Of a stretch of DNA of 64,000 bases, positions 27,672-41,602 are shown one piece after another. Both the position numbers and the translations under genes were made by a program. The notes under the pieces were generated by a model that was not told the DNA's origin, ran no database searches, and worked only from the letters and a program-made list of their open reading frames with translations. Numbering within the stretch: position 1 is the first letter of the stretch; the number at the start of each line of letters is the position of its first letter. This DNA is from Eledone cirrhosa (Eukaryota): NCBI GenBank assembly GCA_964016885.1, contig OZ024743.1, positions 3,534,001 to 3,598,000 on the forward strand. Direction: 5' to 3'.

Positions 27672-30600
27672 CACATACCGTATATAAATTTAGGGAAATA
27701 AACAAAGAAAAGACAAAGAATGAAAACAAGGCAAAATGAAAAAGATTTTTTGAAGAAGAAACCTTAAAATTAGAAAAAAATATATATAAACGAAAGGCAG
27801 AACCCCAAGGTCTTCAACCACCGAGATGGACTTCTGGCAGTTTCCACCCTTACCGAGTGTGTGTGTCGATTGCTATAAATAATAGCTGATAAAGTCGCGC
27901 AAAATACACCCGTAGACAGGAAAAATGGCCAATATAGGTAACATAGTTATTTTCCTCATCATCATTTAAACTCTTAGCGGCACACAGACTTTCCTATGCC
28001 AAATGTATCCCGGGACGTTTTGATTTAAACTATATTTTTACTTTATAACCTCGCATGTGTTTTTGCGAGCTAGCTTTTCATTACCTGCTTCCTAACACGT
28101 TCTGGCTCATTCTGTGGATATTTCCCATGTTCATATTCCTCACATTTCGATATATTTCAATCGCCTGAGCTTTATATTTGGTTAGATCTTCATCTCCCTT
28201 TACTGAGCTGTTGTCTGTCGGTGAAACCTCAAGATAAAGTCTACAAGGTATAGGATATCGGGAACTCTTAACTCATCTGTATTCATCAATATAGCCTTTA
28301 AGAACCACATCATGTGCTATCTGCCTTCTAATCTTCTACTGTTGGTGCTTTCATTTACATATTTTTCATTGAAAACAAGTAGCTATCATGTCATATCTCC
28401 GGTCCTATAATAAGGTGGCTTTTGTGAGATATTCAGACAAGTGTTGCGTGTTGGTTTCATCAGTCTGACAACAAATGCAGCATTAAACTATAATATTTCT
28501 GGTGACGACTAATCTGACTCAAAGCAATCATGGCACCTTTATCAAAATTAAGCTCCATGTAGATACTTACACCATAACCTTTTACAGTTTGAAGTTATTT
28601 TCCCCAACTCTATCTCTGTGCTGGCATTGTGTTGAATACCATGATATATAGCAATTTGAAGGTAATATCCCAAACCTTACTGTCAATTCATGTAAAATTT
28701 AAGGTTATACTTAATGGAGTCATTCCAAGCAGTACAGAAACTATGAGAATGATCTATATAAAATATTGTTTATATTTGACTTCTATTTCATTTAATATTA
28801 TTTTGCGCTTTACTTTGAGCAGGCTAGCTTTGATGAACCCAACAAACACCGATTGAATACTGTAACGAATTCCTTGAAATATATCCAGACAACAAGTACA
28901 TTAATTTTGGTATTTTCTAATATTGTTTTATTTACTAATTGCTTATCTTTATTGTCACAAAATTTCCTTCAGCTTTTTTTTCTCCAAGAAGTATATTTAT
29001 GATTAGCGTAATGTGTTTCCTTACTTAATGTTAATGTTGGTGTCTTATTGAAGATATGTGGCTACACGTCTCTTTTGTTTTTGTGAAGAGTATTGTTTTT
29101 GTTTCTCATGGACAATGAGGTTGACGGAAACCGCAACAGACCGTCGGATGAACTGAAAGTCGGTTGCAAGCATTTAGACAAGGCCTCTGGTCTGAAAATA
29201 TAAACATCTCTCTTCAAATTATCACGGAGGCCTTGAGAAATATAGGTTATGGGCATCTTCTCTGAGTAATATTTTATCCAGTAATTTTGTCTACTATCTC
29301 AGCATGAGAGCGAAAGAGATGGAGGCAGTGACAATCGGAATTTGATTCTATTATGTTCAATCCTTGCTAGAAACTTTTTGTTTCAGTGTATAAACTAATA
29401 GCGAAACCAGTTATTGTTGTTGTTTAACTAGGTTAACACTTTTGTTACCATTTTTTTAATGAAAAACACTATCTATGATTCTCAACATATTTCTACTTGA
29501 CTTTTCTTTTATTGCTTCTATTTTTATATCTTCTTTTATAATATCTGCCCAATCGTACAAGGTTCCATTTTTCTCATATTCCAAGAATTATGTCATTCTT
29601 TTTTGGTGGGTATTCTATTCCTCATAATTTTCTTCAAAATACATGTGCTTCTCTAACTAGAAGGTTCTCCAAAGCATGTGAAATTATTTGTGATGTTGTA
29701 GCTTAGTTCCCCTCCCCCAGATCACTTCTGATCACTTAGATATATGATCAAAAGCGCTCCTATCTTGACCACGTTGTCTCTTCCCCTATCACAGTTCACC
29801 TAAGGCTCTATTGCCCAATGTATTCATCTTTTCTAATACTTGTGATACGAGTGGTATTTGGCTGCGATTTTTAGCGTGTCGAGTGAGTTTGTACTTATTC
29901 ACTTGTTTTCTCGTCGTTTTGTATATCTTTTTTCGCAAACCCATGTTTTCTCTAAAGTTTATAATTTGTTTTTCTGTGGCTGAAGTTTTCTTTTGGTTCT
30001 TTGGATTTTTGTTCATTTTTGTGTTTAAATTTAATAGTGAATGTACAGTGTACGTTAGTATACTTTATGTAGGGATACCAAATATAATGCTGTAATCCAT
30101 TTAATTTACACCTGTAATTAGAAGAGAAATCGTTAGCCTTAATGATAATTTTATTAAGAGACGATAGAGGAGAAAATGGCCGAAGTTAAATTGATTCAAC
30201 ATTAAATGAATATGTACAATGGGGAGTGAGTCGCTTCTTCTGCAACCCAACTATGTGTCACCATTTAATTTTTAATTAATTTAATTTTCGGAATTCTTTT
30301 TTTTGTATCACTTTTCCATAATTGTCATTAAATTCAATGTTTTTTCTCCTCATTTTTCCCCTCTGATTTAACAGATTGTTGGACTCACTACATTAAATAT
30401 GTTAACCTGCACTTAACTATATGTTCTTCGTTTAATAACTTTGCTCTTTGATTCACTGATATTTCTGTGTTTTTGTTTCCGTATTTTATCATTCTGAGGC
30501 CTTTTTACTGAAATATTTGGCCAAGCTGGTTCTGTTATCTTCTTTGTTGGAACCTTCAAAGCTAGCAGCTTCAATTACTATACCCACAGTGGCGTGGATT

Positions 30601-30754
30601 AGTTCGGCCCACTCATCTATCCTCTTCGTATTATCCTTGCTGTACCCACCCATCCCCGGGACTAATCATTAGGTTCAGTTCTTTCAACATAGACCGTCGC
30701 TTCCCTGAAACAACTCTTCTTCATATCTTTCCAAAAAGCGTGGACTTGCAACAA

Positions 30755-31510
30755 ACTCAGCCTTAGAAGCTCCCGCGTCTAGAGACACACGAAGCAGCCA
30801 AAGTGCTCCTATGGCTACGGTCAATTTTTCGTATTTCTTCTCCTGATAAGTCACTCGTGTTAATTGGGAGATGATAAGAGGGCTCTTCGGTTACTGACAG
30901 AGAGTCAGGCTCAGGTCGGTTTAGTACTTTCTTGAAGTGTTGGCCCATCTCAAAAATTTATCTTTCTCTTTGTACAGCAGACTTCCATCCTTCGCCTTGA
31001 TCCGTCCTAACGTGCTTTTTGAGGTACTAGTGATCTTGGCAATCTCATATACAGCACATATCATTTCCTTTAACACTGACCTCTGTTTCTTAAGCATGGC
31101 TCTCCAACCACAAATGTTTGTCTTTTTTGAGCACGGCGTTTTATTTCCTTGTCTTTTTCAATATATTTCTGTAACACCTTGCGGTCCTCATCAGTGTTCT
31201 GCCTTCTTTGATGTAGGGCTTTTCTTTCTTTAATTAGTTGCCAGGTGTGGTCACTAATCCATACTTCCCTGGTGAGCTTCTTGTACCCAAGTATTTCTTC
31301 ACCAGCTGTTGTTATTGCTTTCTTTAGGCTTTCATAGCATTCTGGTGTTCCTGGTAGAATGACTTCTAAGACATAGGACCTGTTTTAAAGAACTGTCTCG
31401 AACTCGCTGGCTGTTCTAAAGTCTTTAGTTTGGTGATGTCAAACCTCCTGGGTAATGACGTATTGTTCTTTTGAATACCTCAGTTTGATTTTAATTTGCA
31501 GTAGTTTAAG
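30755..31510 (-). mobile_element. Degenerate RTE LINE fragments
   Basis: HFKKVLNRPEP linker region and a 3' end resembling 33911-33960. Confidence 0.6.
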
Positions 31511-32689
31511 TGAAATATTAACGGTATCGATCTCCCCGGTCTGTGAGAGCCATGGACACTGCTATCTCCTCCATAAGGACAGAAATACGGCCGTAGGGTT
31601 GGTCGATTAGATATACGTCAGTAGTTGAATAGTAAATTATTTTATTATCGATCCTGGAATGATGAAAGGCAAAGTTGATCTCGGGGATATTTGAACTCGG
31701 AGCGTAAAGAGTCCGATACTCTAATGATTCTGTCAATCCACTGTTTATACGTTTCACAACGCTTTCTAATTAATTCATGACTTCCTTAGATTAAGATATG
31801 AGTGGTTTATCACCAGGTGTTACAAAAGAAAATAACTTGAAGGTCAAGACAAACAGATAAATAAATAAATTGAGAGAGAGAGAGAGAGAGGACAAGCGCA
31901 AACAATAACAACAATTACTGCTACTACTGAAATAACTATATCACAGGCGTCTCAATATGGTCAGAAGATATTTAAACATGAAACGTTCACTACTTGCGAA
32001 AAGAGAGGGGACAGGCAGGGCAGGTTCAAACAATAAGCACTATTACTGAAATATATATCAAAAGCGCCTCAATGCAGCAAAGTGAGAAGAAATGTGAACA
32101 TAAGAAAAGGTTACTATTTAAAGGGGATGGGAAAAGGAGGAGAAAAGACAAGTACATTACTATTGTTTAAGCCTTAACTTATCTATGTATACAAGTGTTG
32201 TCGAAAATACATCTACTACAGATGGTGACACAGTCACTTATGTATGACTATAGCTGACACCCAGCAGCGAAACTTAGAGTAAGAACAGTCTCGATTAAAG
32301 ATGTTATCATTTTTTTTTTCAATTTACAGAGAAATTCGTATTTTCTGGCATGTTTACATGCCTACAAATTAGATATGTGTATATATTTATACATGTTGGT
32401 GTAGTCTCGGTTACACACTCTATATTTATATAGATATGACGTTATCATACACTTCGGCACCAACACGAACGCTAATTATATGCAAATTAGTATGCCCATA
32501 TCAGAATAACACTACGAGTGATTGGATATATAAATAGCGATGTAATATATTTGAATGTAGCGATGGAATTTATTTTGGTTGTAGATCTATAGTGTTCGTT
32601 GTTCGTGCATTATCAAATCTTTCTAAGAGGCATTGATAGTAAAGGATAAATAATTCTATCCTTACATACATACAGGAATACGATGAAGC

Positions 32690-33900
32690 TCAGCCAAAGT
32701 CAGTAGTGGTGTCTCACAAGGCACTGTGTTGGGCCCATTTTCTCTTCCCCTTTATGGTCTGAGTTCAAATCCCGCCGAGGTTAACTTTGCCTTTCATCCT
32801 TACAGGGTCGATAAAATAAAGTACCAGTCACGCACTGGGGTCGATTTAATCGACTTTCCCCTCCCCCAAAATTGCTGGTCTTGTGCCTATATAAGAAACC
32901 ATTATTTACATCAGAGCGGTGGATTGGCAGTATCGGTAGAGGTCGGACGCCATGCTTTCAAGAATAGAGTTACGGCTCTTTACGGTATGAGTTCAAATCT
33001 CGCCGAGGTTAACTTTGCCTTCCATCCTTACGAGGTAGATAAAACAAAGCACCAGTATTGCACTAGGATAATTGCTGGCCTTGTGCCAAAAGTAGAAACA
33101 ATTATTTACATCAATGTCATTATAGGCGTCGTCTAGCGCAGCAAAATAAGAATCTCGCTGTTAATTCCAAACGCCAGTGGGTGACCAGATATGTCTTCAA
33201 TCGGATCTGCTTGTTGTTATCTAATAGGCAAAAAAGAACAAATGCTACCGAACGAGGATACATTTAAGTTAATCCACTTTGGAAAAGAGGATGCACTTAA
33301 ATTACCAGATTTCCTTCCCCCAGGAGAAACCGTCAGGGCATCAAACAACACCAGATACCTTGGAGTAATTGTTGATATCAACTTCAGCTGGAGTGTCGAC
33401 ATATGTGGCCGTAACCTACAGGATGGATTCCAGGATTGTTAGAACTTCTCGGTCAAGAGATATTCACACCAGCATCCTTCTTTTCTATACTCTTGCCCAG
33501 CCCTACCATGAATGATATGGTCAGCCCACACAAAATAATGTATAATGAAAATTGAAGCAATCCAGATGTCAATTAAAAAAAAATAAATAAAAAAAATAAA
33601 AATAGATGGTATGACAGGCCTTGACTATGGGTGTCGATTAGAAAAATTCAAACTCTCCAACGCCGAGCACTACATCATTTGTAAATGTATGGAAAATATT
33701 CCATCAATATTGCCAAAATGATGTTGGCATCAACTTTAATAGTATGGTTCTCTTGCTATCCGCCCACTATAAAAATTCAACTGCACATCTCATAACAACA
33801 TTATGACACAATTACTTCATCTCAAATCAACACAGAAAAAGATCCCATAAAATTCAAAAGATTCCTGGACACATTGTTCCAAGAAATTTCAGATAAACCC
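32690..33900 (+). mobile_element. Degenerate CR1-group RT fragment interrupted by two tandem S1 SINEs (~32750-33110)
   Basis: SGVSQGTVLGP, then SINE sequence, then FKLIHFG..YLGVIVDINFSW. Confidence 0.65.
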
Positions 33901-33907
33901 TCTAAAT

Positions 33908-34352
33908 CTCACTCAGGCTCAGAAGCTGCCGCGTCTTGCGACGCATGAGGCAATCATAGTGTTCCATCGCGTTCGGTCAGCAGCTAGTTGCACAGCGTCC
34001 CGCCATTGTCTGTTTGTCGCTGGCAGGTCCCTCTCAACTGTCTGGCGCCAGTTCATTTAGGGTCGCCTTTTCCGTCTGCTTCCCTGCGGGCTCCATTTAA
34101 GTACTTGGTTCGCCAGTCTCTCAAGGGGAAGTCTCAAAGCGTGTCCAAACCAGCCCAGGCGTCGCTTGCAGATGGTAGAAGAGACTAGCTGCTGGTTGGT
34201 GCGGTTCCTGACTTCCTGGTTTGTTACATGGTCACTCCATTTAATTCCCAGGATCTTTCGCAGACACCTGGAATCGATTGCGTCCAACTTCTTCTCTTGG
34301 CTGGTCTTAAGGTGCCATGTTTCACTTCCGTACAAGAGTGTGGACAGCACGT
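33908..34352 (-). mobile_element. RTE LINE 3' fragment
   Basis: VLSTLLYGSETW..DSRCLRKILGIKWSDHVTNQEV..RRLGWFGHALR. Confidence 0.85.
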
Positions 34353-34592
34353 TAGTGTTGTAAAATCTCTAAATCTGGATAACTAAAAGTACTTTTTACT
34401 GGAGTGGGCCTTATAAATAAGACTGAGAAGTGAAATATGATCTGAAAGACTTCGCCAGCTAGTACTATGAAGTTAGACATGGCCTGGTATATAACTCTAT
34501 ATATATATATAATTATGTAATATACAACACAATACAATTATTCCATTTACCAAAAGTTTCACGAAGACAGGCGACCTTTTCTACGGAAATAC

Positions 34593-34648
<56 letters not shown>

Positions 34649-34650
<2 letters not shown>

Positions 34651-34835
34651 TGAGATTCTACAGGACTAGAACTGTTTCATTCATTAGAAATCATCAGGAA
34701 TCTAATGATTCCTGATGATTTCGAATGAAACAGTTCTAGTCCTGTAGAATCTCATCTATATTAAAACTGTTATACTCTGCTATGTATTGAGTACCTTACT
34801 TACTGTGGTTACCTCCGATTCAACCCGGAATAACG
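34649..34835 (+). mobile_element. Family G fold-back element with two inverted hammerheads (34655-34702 minus, 34707-34751 plus)
   Basis: GATTC CTGATGA tttcgaat GAA ACAG ttctagtc CTGT A GAATC; (TA)n on both sides. Confidence 0.82.
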
Positions 34836-34857
34836 TATATATATATATATATATATA

Positions 34858-35010
34858 TTAAAATAACAGATTAAAGTTTAAGCAAAAAATCGCTGCTTTC
34901 ACCCTTAACGGGATCTTCTGAAGATCCCGTTAAGGGTGAAAGCAGCGATTCTTTGCTTAAACTGTAATCTGTTATTTTAATAAATATTTGGTCTAGGGTT
35001 CTTTTCTAAA
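34858..35010 (+). mobile_element. Family E fold-back element with HHR-like variant core
   Basis: ~60-bp near-perfect hairpin centred at ~34919; GAAGA TCCCGTTAAGGGT GAAA GCAGC; copies at 46680, 48770 and 59784. Confidence 0.7.
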
Positions 35011-36452
35011 ACGGTGTTGTCTAGTTTGAACGTGATTTGGCTGCTATTTCTAACAGGTTGAGTGACAAAGTAGACGTGGTTGTGTGCCTGTATGCGTTCG
35101 TCCATGACACGTTTGTCAAACTCCTTTGTTTTCTTACATTCTTTCGTTCTTTCTTTCCTTTTCTTTATTCCTCACATCCTTTCTATTCATTGTTTTCTTC
35201 TAACATTCTTTTCTCTTCATCCTTTTTTTCTTTCTCTTTTCATGATTGTTTGTATTTTCATTAAATTCTTTCTTCCTTTCTTGTTCTTCCTGTTTATCAA
35301 TGCTAGTGTCATTGTCCTTCTTTCTATGTAATTTCAATCCATAGGTTAACAGTATCGTGTTACTGTCGTTTCTGACTTTACTATTCCTTTTATTTCTTCT
35401 TAATTTTCTTCTTTGTTTTTCGTTCCTTCTTTTATACAGCAATTATATCTTGGAAGAATCATTTTAACCCCACGCACACAACTGTTAACTTCACTTTACA
35501 TTTATCATTTATTTCTTGGTGTCAAAATTTTCGTCACAATGAAACTGAGTGACTTTCTGATCTCCGAGCTATGCAGATCAGATACTATAGGCCTGTGGTT
35601 AGAATGTCTCAGGAAAGAATCGCTGGATAGATTTTACGAGTAAAACCAACTGGAACGAGACCCAGGGGTAGAACCCTCAGGAATAAGTGGGAGAATAATA
35701 ATAATAATAATAATAAGAAACTGTGCCAGGGACCTGCGCAAACTGTGCCACGAAAATGTTGATACTCAGAAATAAATGATAAATTTAAAGTGAAGTTAAC
35801 AGTTATTTAAAAAGAAAAGTTTTGAATGTTTAAAATTCCTCTCGTAGGGTATAATACCTTAAATTTCAACGTGCAGTCTGAGATCAAGTCACATGCCAGT
35901 CGAGTACAAAGCTGTTCTTTTATATATTTAAATATTTTAATGTATTGGTAGTGTGTCGGGAAGTGCTCATCTAACAGTCTCCGGATTTTTTTACCTAGGT
36001 TTTTCTTGACATCTAAAGAAAAATGAGGAGCAAACCAAAGGATTTTTTTTGGTCAATCCCATTCGAAGTCGCTATATATGACAGCCCTCTTGTAGTAAGG
36101 CACCGCTTTATCGAATATATCTTTAGAGGAGCAGAGATTAGAATTTCTCCGGCTACCATTGGATATGAAGTGTATAATCAGTATGAGAGGTGGCAGGATT
36201 TTCCATTTGTATATCTTAAGTTTTTCATTTGGTTGGCGTTACCAGGTTGAGTATTACATTTAGAAACACACCCCATCATGGTTAAAGTAGAGTCTACAGT
36301 TATCTCAATGTCAAGGTTGTTAGAAGTAGCAATCAGTTCCTTAAGGAAAGAGTTTAATATATGGTCATTACAATGATGCGAAACAGCTGGACCATTATTC
36401 CGATATAGATCATGGTGGCCGTTAGCAAATCTGGACTTTAGAAGGTCTAGGA

Positions 36453-36825
36453 TAGAGGTTCTCAAACGTTTTGGGCCCCCGCTCGCCTCACTGTCACGTA
36501 ATACTCTCAGTGCCCCCAACCCTATGTCCAGAGACCCTTGCCTGTACGCAAATTGTAAATAATATATAATAAATAAAATCGTTAATTTATATATAATAAA
36601 TAAAATCGTTAATTTATATATAATAAGTAATATAATATATATTATGTATAAATAAATATTATATGTTTTTTATTTTACTATATTTATATATAATATGTAT
36701 CTTTTGATATTTAATATACTATTATACCATCTCTACCGACCCCTTAGACCCCAGTGCCCCCATGGACCTTCTCAACGCCCTCCCAGGAGAGGGGGTGGGG
36801 TTAGCTCCCACTTTGAGAAGCTCTG
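36453..36825. mobile_element. hAT (Charlie-like) MITE
   Basis: TIR TAGAGGTTCTCAAAC / CTTTGAGAAGCTCTG; 8-bp TSD GTCTAGGA. Confidence 0.8.
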
Positions 36826-36992
36826 GTCTAGGACATAAAAGCCGACCTGGTCACAGAACTTTCACATGAACAATGACACTGCAAGACCTTGCATGTAAAC
36901 ATAATTAGATCTATTTGAGAATAGTGACGAATAAATAAATTAATTCATACCTACATGCTTAAATGCATGGATACGTGCATACATACATATAT

Positions 36993-37327
36993 ACATGGTG
37001 GCTGCCAACTCGTTTTCGAGTACGGCCACTAGTTTATATCCATGTAGGAGAACCCCTACCGATGCGCTGAACGAGTGGGGCTTTTTAGTCCAGCCAGCGA
37101 CTTGAAAACTCTGGTACAAACACTACACTTGTGACAATTATTGACACATAGTGCTGGGCCCTTGGTACCATGTGACGACAAGTGCAGAGAGATCTCCAGA
37201 TATAAAGCAATGCCTGTGCTGTGAAGCTTTTATAGTGAGCAAAGGCACTGCACAAAGCCAGTCCCACTCTCTTAACCAAGATGATATTTACCAAAAAGAA
37301 GAAGAAGTCAACATCATTGGATACCAT
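36993..37327 (-). mobile_element. 5'-truncated copy of the non-autonomous element at 40878-41463
   Basis: Near-identical to 40878-41210; flanked by (CATA)n. Confidence 0.75.
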
Positions 37328-37714
37328 ACATACATACATGCATGCATACATACATACATACATGCATGCATGCATGCATGCATACATACATACATACATA
37401 CACACATACATAGATATATACATGATGGCTCCAAACTCTGCTAAGAGTATTGCAATCGCTTATCAGATTATAGAGTTTGGTGCACTTTTAGGCTACGGCC
37501 AGTCACAGATCCTGAACAAGCAATGCCGGTGCTTTAAAGTTTTTTTTAAGTGCGGGGAAGACCTTGCACTTGATCAATCCCACTCTCTGGGCATCGAAAA
37601 CACTACCTGAAAAGGAAAAATGGTCAACATCATCGGATGCTTCTGAAGCTGCAGGTTTTTTTTCAGAGTTTCCCTCTCCTAGAAAGGTGTAACAACAACT
37701 GGAGGCCTTTCACT

Positions 37715-37900
37715 TACATACATTATGCCTGTGATTATTGAGGCACTGGAATATGTTAGTAACTGCCTCAAGACAAATCTTGAGAAGCTGGGTTTCACAG
37801 GAACAGAAAGAACACAACTAGTCAGGAAATTACAAGTACAATCCATTAATGGAACAGTAAAAATATGTAAAACATTCCAAAATGTTTGCATTTAATAACT
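37715..37900 (+). mobile_element. R4/Dong-like RLE LINE 3' tip
   Basis: Reads IMPVIIEAL..LKTNLEKLGF..LVRKLQVQSINGTVKICKTF. Confidence 0.6.
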
Positions 37901-38254
37901 GCATATACACATGTACAGATACACATGTACAAATACATGCACACATACAACTCAAAACATCCACATCCACACATACAATAACATCCATACCTACACATGC
38001 ATCTATGCAGACATGCATACATATCTACCTAGTTGCTGCTGTGTAAATTTCACTGAGAGAGTCTTGTGTCTATGTTAGAAACCGACTCCCTCTCTATTGG
38101 CAAAAATGTGTGAAATTATACAACCATAAGAACATACATACATACATACATACATACATACATACATACATACATACATACATACATAGCCACATACATA
38201 CATACATGTATATATATATAACCACATACATACATACATACAATATGTGTGTGT

Positions 38255-38572
38255 GTGGCGTCTATCTGTTCCGTCGAGGAATATTCCGGTTGTTTGATCA
38301 ATGGAATAACCAGCTCATAAAATCAACGTGTAATTGGCTGAACATTCTTCAGACAGGTATGGTCTTAATAATTTCTTTGGGAAATTCAGCCTGAGAAAGT
38401 ATGTCAAGACCGAGCCTTTGAATTGCAGGTATAAATCTTTTTTCCAGCTTAATGTACTGCTGCAACGTGAAATGAAGTGCCTTGCCCAAAGACGCTTCGC
38501 GCCGCCGAGAATCGAACTTATGACCTTACGATAGAGATATGAAACACCCTAACCATCAGGCCATGCGCCTCC
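38255..38572 (-). mobile_element. tRNA-derived CORE-like SINE
   Basis: Minus strand GGCGCATGGCCTGATGGTTAGG (A box), AGTTCGATTCTC (B box), TTGGGCAAGGCACTTCA (CORE-like). Confidence 0.7.
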
Positions 38573-38591
38573 ACTACACATACATACAATG

Positions 38592-38708
<117 letters not shown>

Positions 38709-39271
38709 CATAATCAATAAGTGAAGATCATGCAAAGTGCAGACGGATTGCTTCAACCAAATAATTTCAAAGTGTGTCCGAATAGCTGTAAGACATTTAT
38801 TGAAACACGGTGTTGTTAACTCTTTCTGGACTTCATTCTAAAGAAGGGAATCCAGAAGGAGAACTATAGACTTCAATTCTTCTTCTTATCTTGTCCCCAA
38901 GAGTGTCAGCTACAAGGCTTGGTTAGATGTAGTTCCGCCACAGCTGAACACATTGCTGTCCTTTCTCATTAAAACCTTCAATTTATATGATTTAAGCCAA
39001 CTTACTGGACGAAAGAATATTGGTGGAATTTAAAGATAAAACAGTGAAAAACTTAGGCATATAGACCCCTCCCAGTATTCTCCCATTGGACATGAAAAGA
39101 AGGGCATTTTTATGCCGTAGAGAGGTGAGGTGCCCACGTAAATTACATTGTAAATATGTTCGGACTTTTGAAACGTTTTCTACAATTTATAGACAAGGTG
39201 GAAAAGACATTGGAGACACTAGACAATCTATCTATCGCCTCATCCAATTTGTTGTTGCTGTTGGTGTTTTG

Positions 39272-39427
39272 GTTCTTCTTCTTCTTCTTCTTCTTCTTCT
39301 TCTTCTTCTTCTTCTTCTTCTTCTTCTTCTTCTCCTCCTCCTCCTCCTCCTTCTTCTCCTTCTTCTTCTTCTCCTCCTCCTCCTCCTTCTTCTTCTCCTC
39401 CTCCTCCTCCTCCTCCTCCTCCTCCTT

Positions 39428-39458
<31 letters not shown>

Positions 39459-39514
39459 TCCTCCTCCTTCTTCTTCTTCTTCTTCTTCTTCTCCTCCTCC
39501 TCCTCCTCCTCCTC
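39272..39514. repeat. (CTT)n/(CCT)n polypyrimidine microsatellite
   Basis: ~240 bp of TTC/TCC triplets. Confidence 0.95.
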
Positions 39515-39706
39515 TATTACTCTCCCCTTTCTTTTCTCTATTTCCGGCATTCGTTTTGTTCCTCAAACATTTCCTTGTAGATATGCCACCAGAGAGATGA
39601 CTGGTAAAAATTACAAAAGATAGCTCCAATCAAAGAGAGCATCTAATACGCGTAAATAACACACACACACACACACACGCACATACACCCCCCCCCACAC
39701 GCACGC

Positions 39707-39750
<44 letters not shown>

Positions 39751-39812
39751 ACACACACACACACACGTGCGCACATGATATGGAATTTAACGATAAAGCC
39801 TTTTTGTGTACG

Positions 39813-39869
<57 letters not shown>

Positions 39870-40877
39870 CATACATACATATGTATATAAACACACTCAC
39901 GTGTATATATATAGAAAGAGGGGTGGTGGAGGGGAAGGAAGAACACTAATGAGAGAATTGAACTTAGTGAACGACATTGTACTGTAAAAAGGAGTCAGTA
40001 AACCAGTTTCGAATCACACTTCAAAAGGTTCTCATTAATATCACAAATTCCCTTGTGAAAAAATACACGACAGACACATTTATCCATATCCCGTAGTTTA
40101 CACATTAGACTTCATTCCAATGTTAATCACCACCTGAAGCGTGGAGTTTCCATCTTCCATCTAAATCTACAGTAAAAGAGCCACGGAACTTTGTTGAGAA
40201 ACCTACGACTATATCTAACCGGTATCATCTAGCCTCCTCCACTAGTTCCTGTTCCTTACTTGTAAGGGCTGTGAAGTTCCAAGTTCCAATTGTTAAGGTT
40301 TGCTCACTTCCGGACCCTCTTCGGGCTCTCGGGATACACAATTTTTGTGCATCCATCCCATGCCTCCCCGGACAGGTCACAAGCCCATCGCCAGTTTTGG
40401 CAACATGAAATTCTCAGCAGAACTGTTCTGCAAGAGAATATGACGCAGGTGGCGGATAGCGATACGGCCACCAGATACAATGGTTACTTGCGATATAAGC
40501 GGGCATCTGCCGGACGAATAAGCAACCCTGGACTAACAGCGGTAAACTACTAGGGGAGATAGAGCAATGGGTGACACCTGTAGTCCCCAAGAAAACTCTC
40601 ACAATCCAATGTCGTAGACTTCGCGGGTTTGACAAAGTACCAGATTGATGACTGCAACTGCAATATTGTGAGGAAAACAAAAAAGAACCATACCGCATCG
40701 TCCTTCGCGTGGGTTAACAAGGGATGCGTTCGGGCCTTAGGGTGAGGGGCCTGTGCGTGTGTTTTTATTGGCACCATGACTCTCCCAAAGTATAACAATA
40801 TATACATATATACACACACATATATATATATATATACACACACGCACACATACATACATATATATGTATGTATATAC

Positions 40878-41463
40878 ATATGGTGGCTGCCAACTCGTTT
40901 TCGAGTACGGCCACTACTTTATATCCATGTAGGAGAACTCCTACCGATGCGCTGAACGAGTGTGACTTTTTAGTCCAGCCAGCGACTTGAAAACTCTGGT
41001 ACAAATACTACACTTGTGACAATTATTGACACATAGTGCTGGGCCCATGGTACCATGTGACGACAAGTGCAGAGAGATCTCCAGATATAAAGCAATGCCT
41101 GTGCCGTGAAGCTTTTATAGTGAGCAAAGGCACTGCACAAAGCCAGTCCCACTCTCTTAACCAAGATGATATTTACCAAAAAGAAGAACAAGTCAACATC
41201 ATTGGATACCATCAGGGTTGCAGGTGTTATATCAGAGTTTTCCTTCTCCTAGAATTCTGCCTTGACAAAGGCTAAGGAGTCATCTCTCCCAGTGATTTTG
41301 GATGGCCATTGACAGGTTTTGTTTTTAGTCCTGCAGGATGTCCAAAGTCACCCTCCTCACCAAGAAACCTTGGTGGGGTTGCCAGTTTAGTCGCCAACGA
41401 CCCGACCATGAGACATGTTGTACTGGGATACATGTTACCAGTAGCACCAACTGGTGACCTGAC
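40878..41463 (-). mobile_element. ~580-bp non-autonomous LINE-derived element in (CATA)n, RTE-like 5' end
   Basis: 3' end GGCAGCCACCATGTA shared with 36993-37030 and 54745-54785; 5' end GGTCGTTGGCGACTAAACTGGCAACC. Confidence 0.6.
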
Positions 41464-41543
41464 ATAATCCATATACATACATATACATACATATATACAC
41501 ACATACATACATACATACATACATACATACATACATACATACA

Positions 41544-41595
<52 letters not shown>

Positions 41596-41602
<7 letters not shown>

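Noticed and set aside
27900-30400. Non-repetitive stretch with short ORFs, a possible host exon region
   Set aside because: No recognisable domain or consistent splice and frame structure; more likely old element decay, though small exons cannot be excluded.
36178-36519. 113-aa minus-strand ORF
   Set aside because: It starts inside the hAT MITE; the remainder could be a decayed transposase but I cannot assign it.
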